A DNA stretch of 63,956 nt, the filler included, from Sphacelaria rigidula (Eukaryota), in the NCBI GenBank assembly GCA_964200075.2. It is 6 parts of 6 records of this genome, joined end to end, with 100 filler letters (N's around TTAATTAATTAA, not from the genome) between each part and the next. Parts side by side here need not be neighbours in the genome. Positions count along the whole stretch, not along the records: positions 10,679 to 21,255 come from CAXNAA020006253.1; positions 21,356 to 31,931 come from CAXNAA020006254.1; 4 more parts are not named here. One strand, written 5' to 3'. Positions 12,711 to 26,354 of this stretch are shown here, one piece after another (the stretch's first letter is position 1; each line of letters opens with the position of its first letter). Under the pieces are notes generated by a model, which was not told the origin of the DNA, made no database searches, and worked only from the letters and a program-made list of their open reading frames with translations. The translations under genes were made by a program, and so were the position numbers.

Positions 12711-13349
12711 CTCCCACACAATTGCCGCCATAATATGAAGAAGGAATAACACTGGTATATTTTCGAGTTGCGTCACCCCCGGGAGGCCAGTATCAACCTC
12801 CCGAAAGGGAACCTTGTATGTATATATGTATATATACATACAGTTATGCCCGTGAATGGGGCTCAACTTTGGGCACTATATGCCGGGAAAATGGACCGAC
12901 CACTATCCACTGCAGAACTGCAGAAAAAATGACCCGCAATCAAGCCAATCGTATGAATCACAAAAACACACGTCATCGCTAAATAACGACCTCGCTCATA
13001 TGAAATGTACTGTAACTTCACTACATACTCACAAGCCCGTGAGTGGTCGGTGTCGCAGGAGTGTTGTTGCTCCAGCGATTGCACTGATATCGTTGTGCTA
13101 GTATCGCGTCGCTGTTGCACTTGGGAAGCACACACCCACTACGTTCCATCGCACATTCACCGCCCTTCTCAACATCAGCAGTCAAAAACACGAAGAGTGG
13201 CAGTTGCGGACGTCACCCACAACACCAACCCCGGTAACACAACACCCGTTGACCCCTAGACCATCTTGAAATGTGTGGAAAATCTCAAGAGACCAAGAGC
13301 GTCCTTGTTGCAGTTGAAAGGCTATCGGGCGTGGGGAGAAGATGGAATA

Positions 13350-13982
13350 CTTCCTCTGTCTCATAAGTTAGGACCGACTTTGTCACAGACGCCCTTAATC
13401 GTGTCCGATGCTTTTTCGACTTTTTTGTTGAAACCTGTGGAGTTTTTTTAGTCAAACCCGTTTTGTTTTTGTTCTTGTTTTTTTAACTTTCGCGCATCAC
13501 TCAAAGTGGCTGAACGACCACTGAAAAATCAGTCAGCCTATGAATGGTCGATTTGCGTCCCTTTTTCCGGGGGCAAGTAAGTGTCGCAAAAAAATGAAAA
13601 CACTCTACAGCGCCGCGGCTTTAGTCGGAGTAAGATGCGGAGGGCGTCCACTCCTTGGGGTGATCGAAACATCAAGCTCCCCAGATGCCTCTATCTGCTC
13701 TCTGCGAGTCCATAGTGTAGTGTGCAGGTGGATGGGTGTAAATGGTGTTTTTGTGGACTATTCTCAAAGAATTCTCAAAAAACTAACTCCCAAAATTGGC
13801 CATTTTTGGAAACTTTTCGACCCAAAATATAAGATACAAATAATCGTTTTTATCTCCTTTTTTGCACCAGCTAGCTGTAGACAATATTTTTCTTATGATA
13901 CTCACTAAAGAATCGTGAGCAACTCCGTTAGAGAGATACGATCTGTGCCCCAACTCGATCCTAACGTATGAGATAGAGAAAG
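13350..13982. mobile_element. Stowaway-like Tc1/mariner MITE
   Basis: TA|CTTCCTCTGTCTCATAAGTTAGGACCGA...TCGATCCTAACGTATGAGATAGAGAAAG|TA. About 30-bp imperfect TIRs, TA target duplication, AT-rich non-coding interior. Confidence 0.8.
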
Positions 13983-16703
13983 TAGCATGTGAGATTGTGG
14001 TTATGCAATCCGGGGGGAAGGGGGGGCACAGGAGGCTATATTATACAAGAGATTATAGTATACAATACAAAGTGTTGTTGTCATGAGTGTAGCGAGTGCT
14101 CCTGTCGGGTTGAGTTACCGCTGTCGTTGATTTATCGCCCCCTCTTCCGGTGGCTATGTTTGTCATCCCGTTTATTACACAGCGGCGGAAATGTTTTTTT
14201 TTGTGGTGCTCTGGGATGTATTGTGTTCAGCATCTACAGGCAGTCGTGGCAAACACCACAGCCGTGGCCGCTCCGTCAGTTCAATGAAAACGGCATCGAT
14301 TTTTGTGTTGTCGACTCGTGACAGAAAACCGTCGACCGCGAACTCCATACTCCACCTCTGCGGCACAAGACACAACACGTTTGGAGCTGTCAGTGTTAAG
14401 CCGTCACGTTGCCTTTTGTGTCATGCCGAACAACACAGAAGCACAAAAAGGAGCGCTGCGTAATCAAGGCCCTTACCCACCTGTTCAACATTACATTGAC
14501 AAAGAACAAGTGCTGGAAAGCGTATGTTATCGCAAATGACATCGCTCATTTTGCTTTGTAGTATATACTGGCAGTCACAGAACAACATCAGTCGGCCGGG
14601 TCGGTGACAGCCACAGCGTCCACGGACGTTTTAAAAACTGCCTGTACATGCCTTGAGTTATGTCCTCGAATCATACGAAGTATATGCCGCGAAACAGCTG
14701 CATTTCATATTTGGAGCCGCGGGTTTCAAATGGAGGGACGAAGGGTACACGGTGTTGAGAGGAGGAATTGCCCTTTCAGCACAGGCGCACACAATGGCGC
14801 AGCACGTACCTACCAAGACAAATGTCATCCCTGATCGAATGCTGCCGTTCCATCGAAACTGCAAATTGAAAAACGCGATGTTTAGATACTGTTCTCAGTG
14901 TACACAAGCGGCAGTGAATCTCAGTACACCAACGATCGATACAACCGCTCTTCACACATAGGTTTCTGCGCTTGGCGACTTTCATGTATGACCTCGCCCT
15001 TGGCAAGTCGAGTGGTGGAGGACACTCGCTGTAGTAAAGCGAAGTCGCTCGGCACAGCCGCACAGAGCAAACCAGCACGTGGCGGCACGTGATCGGGCAA
15101 ACCGCCATCCCAAATCGCTTGGCGCTAAGAAATAACATGCGCTTCGTTACGAAGCCTCGTAAAAGGAGTAACATTTTGTCAAATTGTCGTTAGTGTAACG
15201 AGGCAATTACGGGTCGTGGCTATCTTCGGCTCCTTGTTTTACGCCATGTTAGGATAACAAATTGTCCTTTGTGCACAGGCGCATAGAAGAAATAAGCAGC
15301 ACATGGCAGCACGGAAGATGCATGTCCTTCAAAACGAAACTCGCCCGATATTACATTGTTTACATCTTGTTACTAGTATGCACAGTCCCTTACGGAAAGC
15401 ATCATCGCTCTTTCTTTTTTTTCACCTCGACAAAAGCTGCTGGCCCTCCACCAACAAGTGCCGATTTCCCGACTCTGTTTTCTCGGCAACGAGGCCGAGG
15501 ATTGGACTGCGGTTTGATGCGTGCGCTTTCCACTCACCAGAACTATTGAGTGTGGCAACAGGTTTCCGTACGCGTGCCGCGGAGACCGCAACACTTTTCA
15601 AACCGCTGTACCAAACACAAAATGTACTATAAAACGCGTTTCCTTCAACGTTCTTGGGCTTTTCGGATCCGCTGTGGCGAATTAAGCACCTCTGCGGCCA
15701 CACTCAATAGGTCTAGTGTGTGTGCGGGACGCTGTAAAGTTTCAGAGGCCGGTTTGCTTTCTGTCTCGAGCTAATTGCGATGGAAGAACTACAGCTGTCG
15801 TGTGCTAAACCTCGGTAACTTGGGATGGAGCGTGTGTCATGTTCGGCAGAGGTTCGGCAGAGGTTCGGCACAGGCCCGACCAGTCTATGACGTCTTCAAT
15901 ACGTCTTCAGGATCCATCCGCATTCGTTTTTTGTTTTGTGGGCAACGGACTTTTGGTCGTTAGGGCCTTCATTCACGGGCATAACAGTATGTACATATCT
16001 TACCGGGACCGTGTTTCCACTAGATCCCGTCGTCTTCATTTCCTGTCTCCCATTCTAGGGCGAGGACACCACCGTATTCATCTGTTGAGATCGACCCCGT
16101 TTTTGGGCCAAGGACATAGTAAGTGGGGCGACCCACGCCCTTTTGAGCCAAGAAGGGATCTGGGCGAAACAAAGGTACGGCCTCTGCCCGTGCTCCTCTG
16201 AAGTCGATCGAAAGCTAACCCTTACACGAAGGCAAGTCCACCACGGCCTAGGCAAAGCACAGGAGTCGACTTTCACGAAATTGCGGGCGCGCCAACGAAG
16301 AGAACAGTGCCACGAGCAACAAGGGCTGCACAGAAGGCCTCCTATACTTCGAGAACGGGGTGGGACGACCCACCGCCATGTACTATTTTTATCCTAGACC
16401 TTCTTTTGTCATGCTTAGACCCTCTTTTTGCTGAAGTAGACCCTCTGGTGACCGCTCTCCGCCCCTAAAACCTGATCCTCCACGCCACCGCACGGGAGAT
16501 CATCACAGGACCTGGAGCATCTCCACCGCATCTTTCCGCAGCCGAGAGAAATCCCCCGCACACACACCATACCCATCGGGATGTATAGCTAGTCCTTACC
16601 CCACGGAACAACGACGATAAAGGCCGACAATGATCTCTCACAACTTGTTGTTCTGCAACAGTTGCAGAGACCCTCTTCGTTGGCTCGGGCACAAGGTAAA
16701 CAG

Positions 16704-19700
16704 TGTTCATCATTTCTCAGAGAGCACCCAGGTAATATATCAACCCGGGAGAGGTGTAGTGGAGGTGAAGAAGCTGAAGAGTGACTGGAGCGGGGCCGTG
16801 AGACCGCGTGGATACTATACTGTACCACATTTGCGCATACTTGGCTGTTAGCACTCGTTCGTCACCCCGATCCCCTTTTCTACGTAGATCCAATCCTACT
16901 GGGCGTATCTGAATATATGAACACCCCCCGATCTGATACCTCAGTGCTCAAGCTTTCTCTTGAAAAACATATTTAAAAAAATATAAGGAGGAAATTCAGC
17001 CTTCCGAGCAAAAACCCCTTCGCTCAAACTCCAACGCTTGTGCTCAAATCCAACAGCTCTTTTTGTAGACGCCTAGGCCAGAGCACATGCGTGTTACACC
17101 GGGAAACGTCCTACAAAACCCATGCCCCACAAAGTAGCGCGGGCGGCTTCATCCGACATGTGCACAAATGCATTACGGAAACCATACCCTGAAATGTCTA
17201 CAATCGACAGACTCATATTTTGAAAAGAACGATGTGCCTACTCGCTGTCCCTTTTAAAAAGCAATGTCATACTCTGCCGCACGTCCCAGCACAACCCTTG
17301 GTCGCAGGAAGACAGGACCATCCTGACAAACATATATGCCTTCGCCTTCCTGCGATTGTCACATTCTCGGCCTCGGTAGTGAATAAAGTAACGCAGTGTT
17401 GTGTGGGACTGATACTAGACACTGTCTCTCCTCCGTACATTACCGCTGCCCGTGAAACCGATCGTCTATCCGTCTCCACATTGGCGCAGTCAGCATCGCA
17501 GTACACCGGAAGCACACTCTCTCCTGAACTGAACGTCAAACCGTAGTTCCTAGCCTTATTCAGGTATGAGAAGACTTTTACGCTTCCTTTCCAGTGCCTC
17601 TCATATGGATCATGTGACTGGCGGGCCGGAGCCCGGGCTGCGTTGGCTATGTCGGACCTGGCTACACCTGCCAACCACATTAACCCTTCTACTGCACTAC
17701 GGTACGGGCGATTTACCACCGAGTGTTCCTGCGTCACCGGTCTTAAGTCTGCAGAACCTGAGGCGGGGATATCTGAAAAATCGGTAACCTCAAAACGCTT
17801 CAACAGGGTGTCTATAAACGTAGCTCGATTCATAGACAGCGTACCGTTTCCCCTGTCTCTCTCTATAGCACACCCCATGTACCACTTTACTTCACTAAGA
17901 TTGTTGGTGGGAAATGTCTTGTTGAGGATCTCACATACACCCTCCACTTATTCTGGTTCGCCTCCGATTAAAATATTGTCGGCATGCACGACTAGAATAA
18001 GCTGTACACGTCAATCTTCCTCCTTCTTGAACGTGCGAGGGTCAGTGACTTTGTACCATCTCTGTGTCCTCTATCAGTGGTTTTGCTCAGAAGTCGGGAC
18101 CCCTGCCTCCCTGCCCGCTTGACACCCACCATAACTCGACCTTATGAGTCTACCGTATCCCCGGTCAGAGGACCACACCCTTCGGGGATCTTCATGAACA
18201 TACTTCTGTCCATGTTTGCTCGTACAAAGCCTGGGTGACATCAAATTTACGTAGGGGCCATCCCTTCTGCACTGCAACGGCCATGACCATTTTTATTGAT
18301 GTCAAGGCTGGAGTAGCTGCAAACCTCTCGAAATAGTCTACACAAATATCTGTCCAAAACCGCGTACAACGAGTCTCGCCTTCGCTTTGGTGATCCGTCA
18401 ATCAACGTCGCTTTTCCAACTAAACACCCACTCTACCGTTATAATGTTTACCCCTTCTGGGGTTTCGCCACTCGAGCACGTACCAACGTTGTTGTGCTCA
18501 TGCAACATTGCACGCATAGACAGGGACAATCCATCGTTGAGCAAGAGGGCGCAGCTCCGTTCTTGGGTGTTCAGGCATTTCCCCGCCCCCCCGGCAGTTT
18601 TGCTCAGGAGTTTCGATGGCTGTCGGCGGCAGAGATGGCGCTGTGGTTGATGGTGAGGGCGCAGGTAAGTGCGGTGTCGGTGGTGCGGATGACTACTCTG
18701 GTGGTGTTGTCAGCGCCACCGACGGCGGCGGTGTGGGCGGCGCCGAGCCCCGATCATCGATGGGATCTTGAACGGGGTTCTGAAAAATCGCCCCGCCTTA
18801 CCCGCTCCCTCAAGGAGACGGTGAAATCATTCTACCACCCCCCGTCGCTATCAGCGGGGGCTCTCGGCGCGGCATCGCCTCCCCCCCTTCGGAGTTGGGT
18901 AGCGAGAACGGTACATGACGGGAATCGCGGGGGTGAAGCGTCCACGGCTGGGGTTTGCTTCACGGACTCCTTGTCGACCGAACCTCCTTCGACGTGGTCA
19001 TTCCTCGCTTCGCCGGGCGTCGGGATACTCGCGCTCTGGCGTGCGTAGATCTTGGAAGAGGCAGTCGGAGTCCTCTCCCCTCCGAGTATTTACGGCAAGG
19101 TCTCATTTCGCCACGCAGCTTCAATCCGAGCTGCTTTGAGGTCTTGGACAGGAGGTCCTCGTGTGCGTGAGCGTGGGAACAGTGGAAATCGTTGATATCA
19201 ACGATCCGGGGGTTGAGTGGTGCGTCTGGGGCAATCACAGCGCACGCTCACGCATGCTTGTTATGACTTACTGGATCTAGTCGGTGGGCGGGCATTTTGA
19301 GGAGGTTATGATGACCGGGAATTTTCAGGGTATTGCCTGACTTCTACTCAACCCGAAAGCCGTGACGTGATCTACCGTCGGTGTGATCTACAGCAGAAAT
19401 CCTAGTCAGTGACCAAATATGGTGACGAGCGCGTGAAGCATGGTCTACACTTTTTACACGTAGCACCATACTACGACCGTCAGAGCTGAAAGCGCGAGTC
19501 AAACTTCTCTTCCGACGATCGAGTAAGTATCGCCGCCCGCACACCGCAGTACTCTATCCCTGCACTCTTCGTACTTCGTCACCTCACTAGAATCTGGCAA
19601 AAATGCTGGGTTAAACCCGTGTCAAACACCCACGGTTCGCCCCCATCTTGCTGCTCTACACTCCCCGTCTCAACAGCGAATGCACACTCGCCTGTGGTAT

Positions 19701-21180
19701 CTTCGGCGGTCTTTGTAATGCCTATGCTGGTGAAAGCCTCCGCCTCAGCATCCGAGAATATGGAGGCGTCGTCGACGACGATGTTCACCGAACCGACCGC
19801 CATAACCGCATCTTCTCCAGACTTCGGGCAGTCAAATATCGTGTGACCTTCCTCCCCGCAATTGCAACAGTACCTATCCGGACAATCTCTCGATCGATGT
19901 GTTGTCATCTTCTGACAAATGTGACAGCGCCACATCATCGTAGCCTCCAATGGACTGACTATTGGGCGGTGGAGTCGACTGATGGCTGCTTGTGTCCTGG
20001 TCCCCGTAGCCACCGCGACCGGGGCCCTGGCTCTTCCTCGGTTTTCCCTTCCGGCGCGAGCCCTTGGGTCTGCTGGGTTGGCCCTTGATAGCAAGGGCCC
20101 AGTCGCCTGAGGAAGCCTTAATTCCCTTGGCGAGCTTCTGCATGTAAGGTGTCGATTCAAAACGTTTTCGAATCGAGCCCACCACGATTTCCCTCGTGAG
20201 GGGTCCCTCACGGTCCTCGAGCATCTGCTTCCGGAGGTTGTACTCAGCAGGAAGGTTATTCACAAATCTCACGAGGATCTGTGCTTTCGTTCAGTCGATG
20301 CGGTCCATATACGATCTTAAATGCCTGGTCACTTCTTCCATCGCGGTCAGCTTCTGAATCGGGTAATCACGAACGCCAATCTTCACCTGACCATATTTCT
20401 CCAACAGTTCCAACCCAGCTCCGTTGGTCCTGGGGCTGTAGAACTCTTTCGGTCCACGCCACAAAGCTGCCGGAGAGGGGATTCGGTACATAATATCCCA
20501 GTCCCGCTTGCTATCTGAACTCGCCATTAGCATCTGCCTAGCTTGAACGTTGGCAGCTACTATGTCCTTGCCGTTCCATGCTTTCAAGTAACGCACTGAC
20601 AGCTTCGTGTTTTCCCACCTCCACGTCATGAGAGCTATCAAAAGACATGGTAAAAACCCAATCGATTCCTTCGCTCCTTCCGAAACTTGTGAGTTCGTGT
20701 TGGTATTGGGAACATTTTGAACTCTTCCTGGAAACGTTGGGGACAGCGACCTTGAATATTGGTACATCAACAACACTTTTGAACACTTAGTCAACCGTGA
20801 CCGTAGGTAGCGACTGACTCATTCATGGGGTCTAGACCCCCAGCTCCCTCGCTTCCAGTCCTGTGGTCGCTCCCAGGTGGAGCTCCCTGTCCGCTTTCGC
20901 GATAGCGCCGGTGGCCTCGGGCCACGCTAGATTCTATCAATCGGGTGTAGTTCTTGTGTCGCTCGGGTTTCCCCCCAGGGGATTCTACACTCTCGATGAC
21001 GCCGTTCCACCGTGCGCTACCGGACTCGTGATCATCTTCGATGCCATCTACTCTACTCTGTAGTGCAGTCTGCTTTGCCTGCACGCCTCTACCAAGACTG
21101 GTCAGAGCACTGAACTGACTGTTGAACTGACTCACCATGTTTTCAAGCTGAGCACTTACTAAGTCTGCTCCCTCTGAGGC
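16704..21180 (-). mobile_element. Degenerate Ty1/Copia LTR retrotransposon
   Basis: Domains in minus-strand order: gag (21138-19874), two Zn knuckles (CHICQKMTTHRSRDC, CCNCGEEGHTIFDC), protease WVFDTG (~19620), GAG-pre-integrase H..H (~19170), RT N-terminus (18450-18190) and RT/RNase H (17947-17267: PYRSAVEGLMWL, YCDADCAN..DRRSVS..QHCVTL.TTEAE). Many stops and frameshifts; integrase core missing. Candidate 3' LTR 16704-16923 (TGTTCAT..ATGAACA) follows a G-tract PPT; LTR limits are tentative. Confidence 0.92.
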
Positions 21181-21604
21181 ATCCTACGGTGGGGGGGGGG
21201 GCGTACTCATTTGTCGCTTGCCTTAGTCATTTGACCATTGACCACGCATCCCTTTNNNNNNNNNNNNNNNNNNNNNNNNNNNNNNNNNNNNNNNNNNNNT
21301 TAATTAATTAANNNNNNNNNNNNNNNNNNNNNNNNNNNNNNNNNNNNNNNNNNNNCTGAAGGCGAGACGTCCGTTTCCGCGTGGCCATATCTCTCGAGTA
21401 ACATGTTTTTTTCGCGATTGTTTTCGAGGCCGGGGTGCCAATGCCCCCCCGAATGATGTGCGTGAAAATTTCGGAGCGAAAACGGTCAAAATGGCGTGTT
21501 TGGCGGTTTTCGCGTTTCTGGCCATTTTTCGTACCCTTCTTGGGCAAAAAACGAGAAGGTATACCTTTTCTACGCCATTGCTCAAAAGAAATCGATGTTG
21601 GCAT

Positions 21605-22370
21605 TGGTCGTCGCCACAGACAAGCACGATGATATATCAGTCAAGATGCGGCAACCTTATGGGGATCTTTTTGGGAGTGCTCTTGGGGTGCTGTGCAAAA
21701 AACCGCCTGCCCTTCTTGTGCCAACGAAAGGGCTGGAGAATTGGGTATTTGCTGGTTACATTATGCCAGTCTCTCCAGCGATTGGGAATCGCCGAACGAA
21801 GACAAACGAAGGACACGAGCAAGGAGCTTCCTCTCCACCACTGCTCCTGCGGTGGTATCGTCATCTACACACAACATGTACACAGGTGAACACCGCATTA
21901 ATTGGGTGCACTCAACCACACCTACTCGAATTCAACAGAAACGAAAGATCCGCGAATAACAACCGATTCTCAAAAATGGGGTTGAACACTAAAATGAGGT
22001 TCAAATGCCACAACTAATTTTCATGAGTGGTGCGAAACAGTTACACCAAGGAAAAGCACATTTCCCTCCAAAACTCTGTGGTAGTTGTTGAGCTGATATG
22101 ACTAGATGCACCGAACAAATGCGGCGTACATGCATGTCGATGACGATATCACCAGATAGAGGAGCAACGGCGGGAAGGAAGGTCCTCGCCGGTGTCCTCT
22201 GTGTGTCCTCGTTCGGTGATTCCCATTCGCTCGAGAGATTGACATCGCGTTACTATCACATACCCAAGTTTCCATGTGTCGGCAGGCGAGATATTTGATT
22301 GTAGCACAGCCCCGGAAACAAGATCGGGATGTCCACGGTTGTCGTCTCCTGTCTGTGGCGCTGGCCCATG
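21605..22370. repeat. Pair of diverged inverted repeats (about 21605-21882 and 22126-22370)
   Basis: The arms align in reverse complement (GCCACAGACA, GGGAATC.CCGAACGA.GACA, ATCGTCATC.ACA). Conceptual peptides: WRIGYLLVTLCQSLQRLGIAER and WKLGYVIVTRCQSLERMGITER. Confidence 0.75.
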
Positions 22371-24400
22371 CAAAGATCGATTCCTCTCTGCCTCTCTGCT
22401 TGGACAGGACGTGCCTCTGTGCGCAGTAGAGCACGCGTCGTCGAAAAACAGGGCGATGCTACCGTCACCGCTACTGTTCTCTCTCACACACATGCTAGTG
22501 AAGATGGTATAGCGGCAATACCAAGATCCGATCGCAACTTGGTGAGGGGTGTCATGGCCATGGTCATGGTTGATCTTACCCGACCTGTGTGTTCACAAGG
22601 ACAAGCCTCCCACATCCCAGTTGGGGGGACGTGTGAGACATCAAACACTCGTAGTAGAGATCTTCTTGGCTTGCGGAGTGAAGAAAGGTACCTCTGCCGG
22701 TGACCTGCCTGTTACTAGCGTGACCCATGAGGAGGCGGTCACCCTCTAATCTGAGCTGTTTTGATGTACGAGCGGCCGGGTGCTACCCAGACTGTGTGTT
22801 TTCGTGTGTGTTGCAATGGGAAAACAAATGTCATACGAGGCCGTACTAAGCTGAGACGAGATAGGTTTATGGTTTCACCAGGAACAACAAGAGCAAACAC
22901 ACAAGCACGGATACGCAATTTCACACACCTCTTGCGATGCTTTAGGTGAAAACAAACATACCACGGACAAGAGCAACTGCCCCCCCCCCCCTTCCGTCCT
23001 CCCTTGAGGGTCGGCGTCGGTTTGCAACGACGCTTCAAAAACCAGCCGCTCACTGCGTAAGCTAGGCGACCAGGTTACCGTTTTTCTTTCGCTTGCGTCT
23101 TTTGGGGGAATAATCATGATGGTAGACGAGCGAGATCATTTCGTGCGTCCTGACGAACCTCAACTCCGCGCAAAGGGGATAATCGTACCACGTAGTGTTT
23201 GCATGGTAAACCACCCAGAAGGCAGTGTGTAACTCGTCGCTGTCTCTGAAAGCGGCGATGCCAGAAAATGAAGAAATTCATCGTAGGCTGCCATCCGATT
23301 GCAAGGTCATCAATGTGCTTCAGTGTACGAGGTGACTCACCCTTCATGGGACTCGCCGAACACATCACGGCGCTTTGCTCTTTGCGCTTAATTGCGAATC
23401 TGGTCCAGCGAAAAGCCGGCGTGCTCCGTCCCGGCTTTGTAAGGATGCGAGGTCAATGGTCATATAGCTACAACATGCAAGCTTAGAGTACAACCCCGCC
23501 TCTCTCCCCCTCAGATAAATCAACTCTGATTTTTCTGCAGAATAGCGGACGGATTGGTTGCAAGGAAGGTCAAAGTACTTTTCTCGAAGAAAAGCAGTCG
23601 GGCATGTCGAGACGATAACCTCATCACCATCACCACGCAAAAAACACGAGACCTGTGGAGAGCACGTTCTTGACGTTCCCGGGGTTCCGTAGTTCCGCCT
23701 CCCTAGACAACATCCACGAGGATTATTTTCCATGACCATGAATCTTACTACCACAATCCACATCACCAAGCAAAGCAACAGAAAACAACTCCGCCGAGTC
23801 GACCCCAAGCAGCACCCAAAAGGCACGAAGACACGAAGACACAAGAACGACAACACCCCGTAGCCCCCCCCCCCACACGCACAAAAAAGAAGCCAAGCGT
23901 TACTATTGCCGCCGGACCCGTGCTTCCTCAAATATATGTATACTCCGGAGTATGAAGCTCCCTTTATTCACGTCGGCACACCCATCACCCGCACCAATAA
24001 ACGCCTCCTTCCTTTTCTGTAAAAGCAGGACCAGCTCCCCGTCATCATATCTCGGGCACCCCCCACGACCATCCTCATCAGCTCGCTAGTTGTCGCAAGC
24101 ATATGGTGATCGAAGTTTCAGTGTACGGGCACCCGCACGGGCACCCTCGCACGTATTCCGAATTGTTGCTCGAGACGACATGGCTCACAGATGCGATATA
24201 CAACAACGACACAATTCTTCACGTGCACTTCATGGGGCAAGACATGAAGCCACCGAAACGTCGCTCCATTTCCGTGCGCTGGCGTGGATGGACATCGGAG
24301 CAGCAGAATTCGATAGGTGAAGACTAAGAACGGCTACGAAAAAAATGGGACTGAGCAGGCAATAAAATAAGTACAGCCTCCAGTCCGTCACGAGTATCTT

Positions 24401-25104
24401 CACGTCGGACAGCTCATGAGCTACCTGACTTTTACTTCTTATTGGCGTGCTGATCCGGATCAAACGAGCAATTATAGCTCATTTCAACAGAGGATCTTAC
24501 AAATTGTGAACGGATCTTTTATTGGGGATGATAAACCCGGAGAATTAAAATATTCGTATCTACACCAAATCTTCGAAAGATGGTTCCATTTCTCCACCTA
24601 CTGATAGCGTTTGACAACTACTACACTTGATAAAAAATTGGATCTCGATAACCGAAATGTTGGGGTCCTAGATGAAAAAAATGGGGGAATTCCGGGTGTC
24701 CGAACGGACGCCAAAATGGTTCCGAAATTGGTTTTTCACCCGGGACCCCAACCTTTCGGCGATCGAAATCGAAACCCCTATGGCGTGTAGCAGTTGTCAA
24801 AAGCTACCAGTAGGTGAAAAAATGGAACCATGTTTCGAAGATTTGGTGCGGATACGAATATTTTAATTCTCCGGGTTTCTCATCCCCAATAAAAGATCCA
24901 TCCCCAATTCGTAAGATCCCGTGTTTTTCGCCTCTTTTTCCATATTTGCTTCCGACAGCTCTGGACGCCGACCACGCGGAGTACCGCAAAGGTAGCGTGT
25001 TGGCTTCTCGGACCCCGCTGTCATGTACGTTGTATTCTTGGACAAGGGATCTGAGAGTCCTCTTGCATAAGTTAATTTAGGTAGCTCATGAGCTGTCCGA
25101 CGTG
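24401..25104. mobile_element. Foldback/MITE-like element: 26-bp outer TIR plus an inner imperfect palindrome of about 430 bp (24492-24919)
   Basis: CACGTCGGACAGCTCATGAGCTACCT (24401-24426) is perfectly inverted at 25079-25104. The inner arms pair around GTCCGAACGGAC (~24697-24708). Arm sequence also occurs at 1-41. Confidence 0.85.
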
Positions 25105-26209
25105 TGAAACGATCGCTCCGGGTATTTTTCACATTTCAACATCGCATCGGGCATGCATGGACCAACGTGCTCACACGATGATGATATCATTCCTTGGTGT
25201 GTATTGACAACAGCAAGTAGAAGAACGGAACGGTTTGATCATGCAAACGCTCTCTACTGAAAACCGAACGTCTGCGTCTGAAAAATCGCGCACGCACTAA
25301 AAAAATAAAAACAAAACGAAACGGGTTCGACTGCAACGGAGGGGGACACCACATACATACAAATTGACTATTCATCCAAATAAGACATGACTCAACTACA
25401 TATTTTCCACTACAAATAATCTGCGCAAAAGTACAACTTCTCGATACTCGAACGATCAAAATGCAAAGTACGATTGGCACGAGGAAGACATCAATCAGCC
25501 TCCACCCGCCCTTACGCAAACATGAACAGCAAGAAATACCGGGGTTATATACAGTCGCTCTTCACTGTACAAGATAGCACAAAAACGACAGATAACGTTT
25601 TCCGCAGCGCAACGGGATATCACCACTGTTAGTATGTTGTTACTAAGCATTTTCCCACGCGTGCAGTCGAGCAAACGGTATCCCACTCACCCACCACCAA
25701 CCCCACTACATATCGCAAAGTTCAAAAGCCAAATCAAAATAACATGACTGACTAAGATCGACAAAACCGAAAAAAAGAAAGAAGGAAGTTACGCGTTCAA
25801 GATTTTGCGGTATCCCCCATGGACATGTTACGCAACAAGGCCGAACGATCTACAGACGAACTGCGCAGGCGACAGATGGATAACTTCTTCACTTCATCCC
25901 GCCACTCCTCCATGACGGTTGGGGTCCTCAAGAATATTATCAAGTTCAGAAATCCATGAATGGTCTGCGGTTACATTCCGCAAGTAGGGACGGGAGGCGG
26001 CGACGGCAGATGTGGGGGGAGTAGGGGAAGGAGAGGGGTGGCGGGGTAGGCGGGGTTAATGTTGAGCAAAGTGGCCTGGTTCTTGTTCTTGTATACTTGA
26101 GCTTTGTGTCATGTTCCATTGTATTATCATGTCTGAAATGTGCCATGTGACTACTGAGCACTTCCGCAGTCAAGGCCGGAGTTTCGCATGCCCAATACGA
26201 CCTCGAACA

Positions 26210-26354
26210 CACACCCTTGACAAATGGATTACACCGTCAAAAAGTGTGCTGCGTACAGTATCGACTACTGTTGCGTCTATGGCAATAGACAATATAATAT
26301 TCCATACTGTACACAGTACACACTTCGATGATGTAATCCATTGTCGAGGGTGCG
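26210..26354. mobile_element. Small CACAC-ended MITE (related copies 30550-30956 and 62639-62752)
   Basis: TIR CACACCCTTGACAAATGGATTACA / TGTAATCCATTGTCGAGGGTGCG. Internal CTGCGTACAGTAT is shared by all three copies. Confidence 0.7.
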
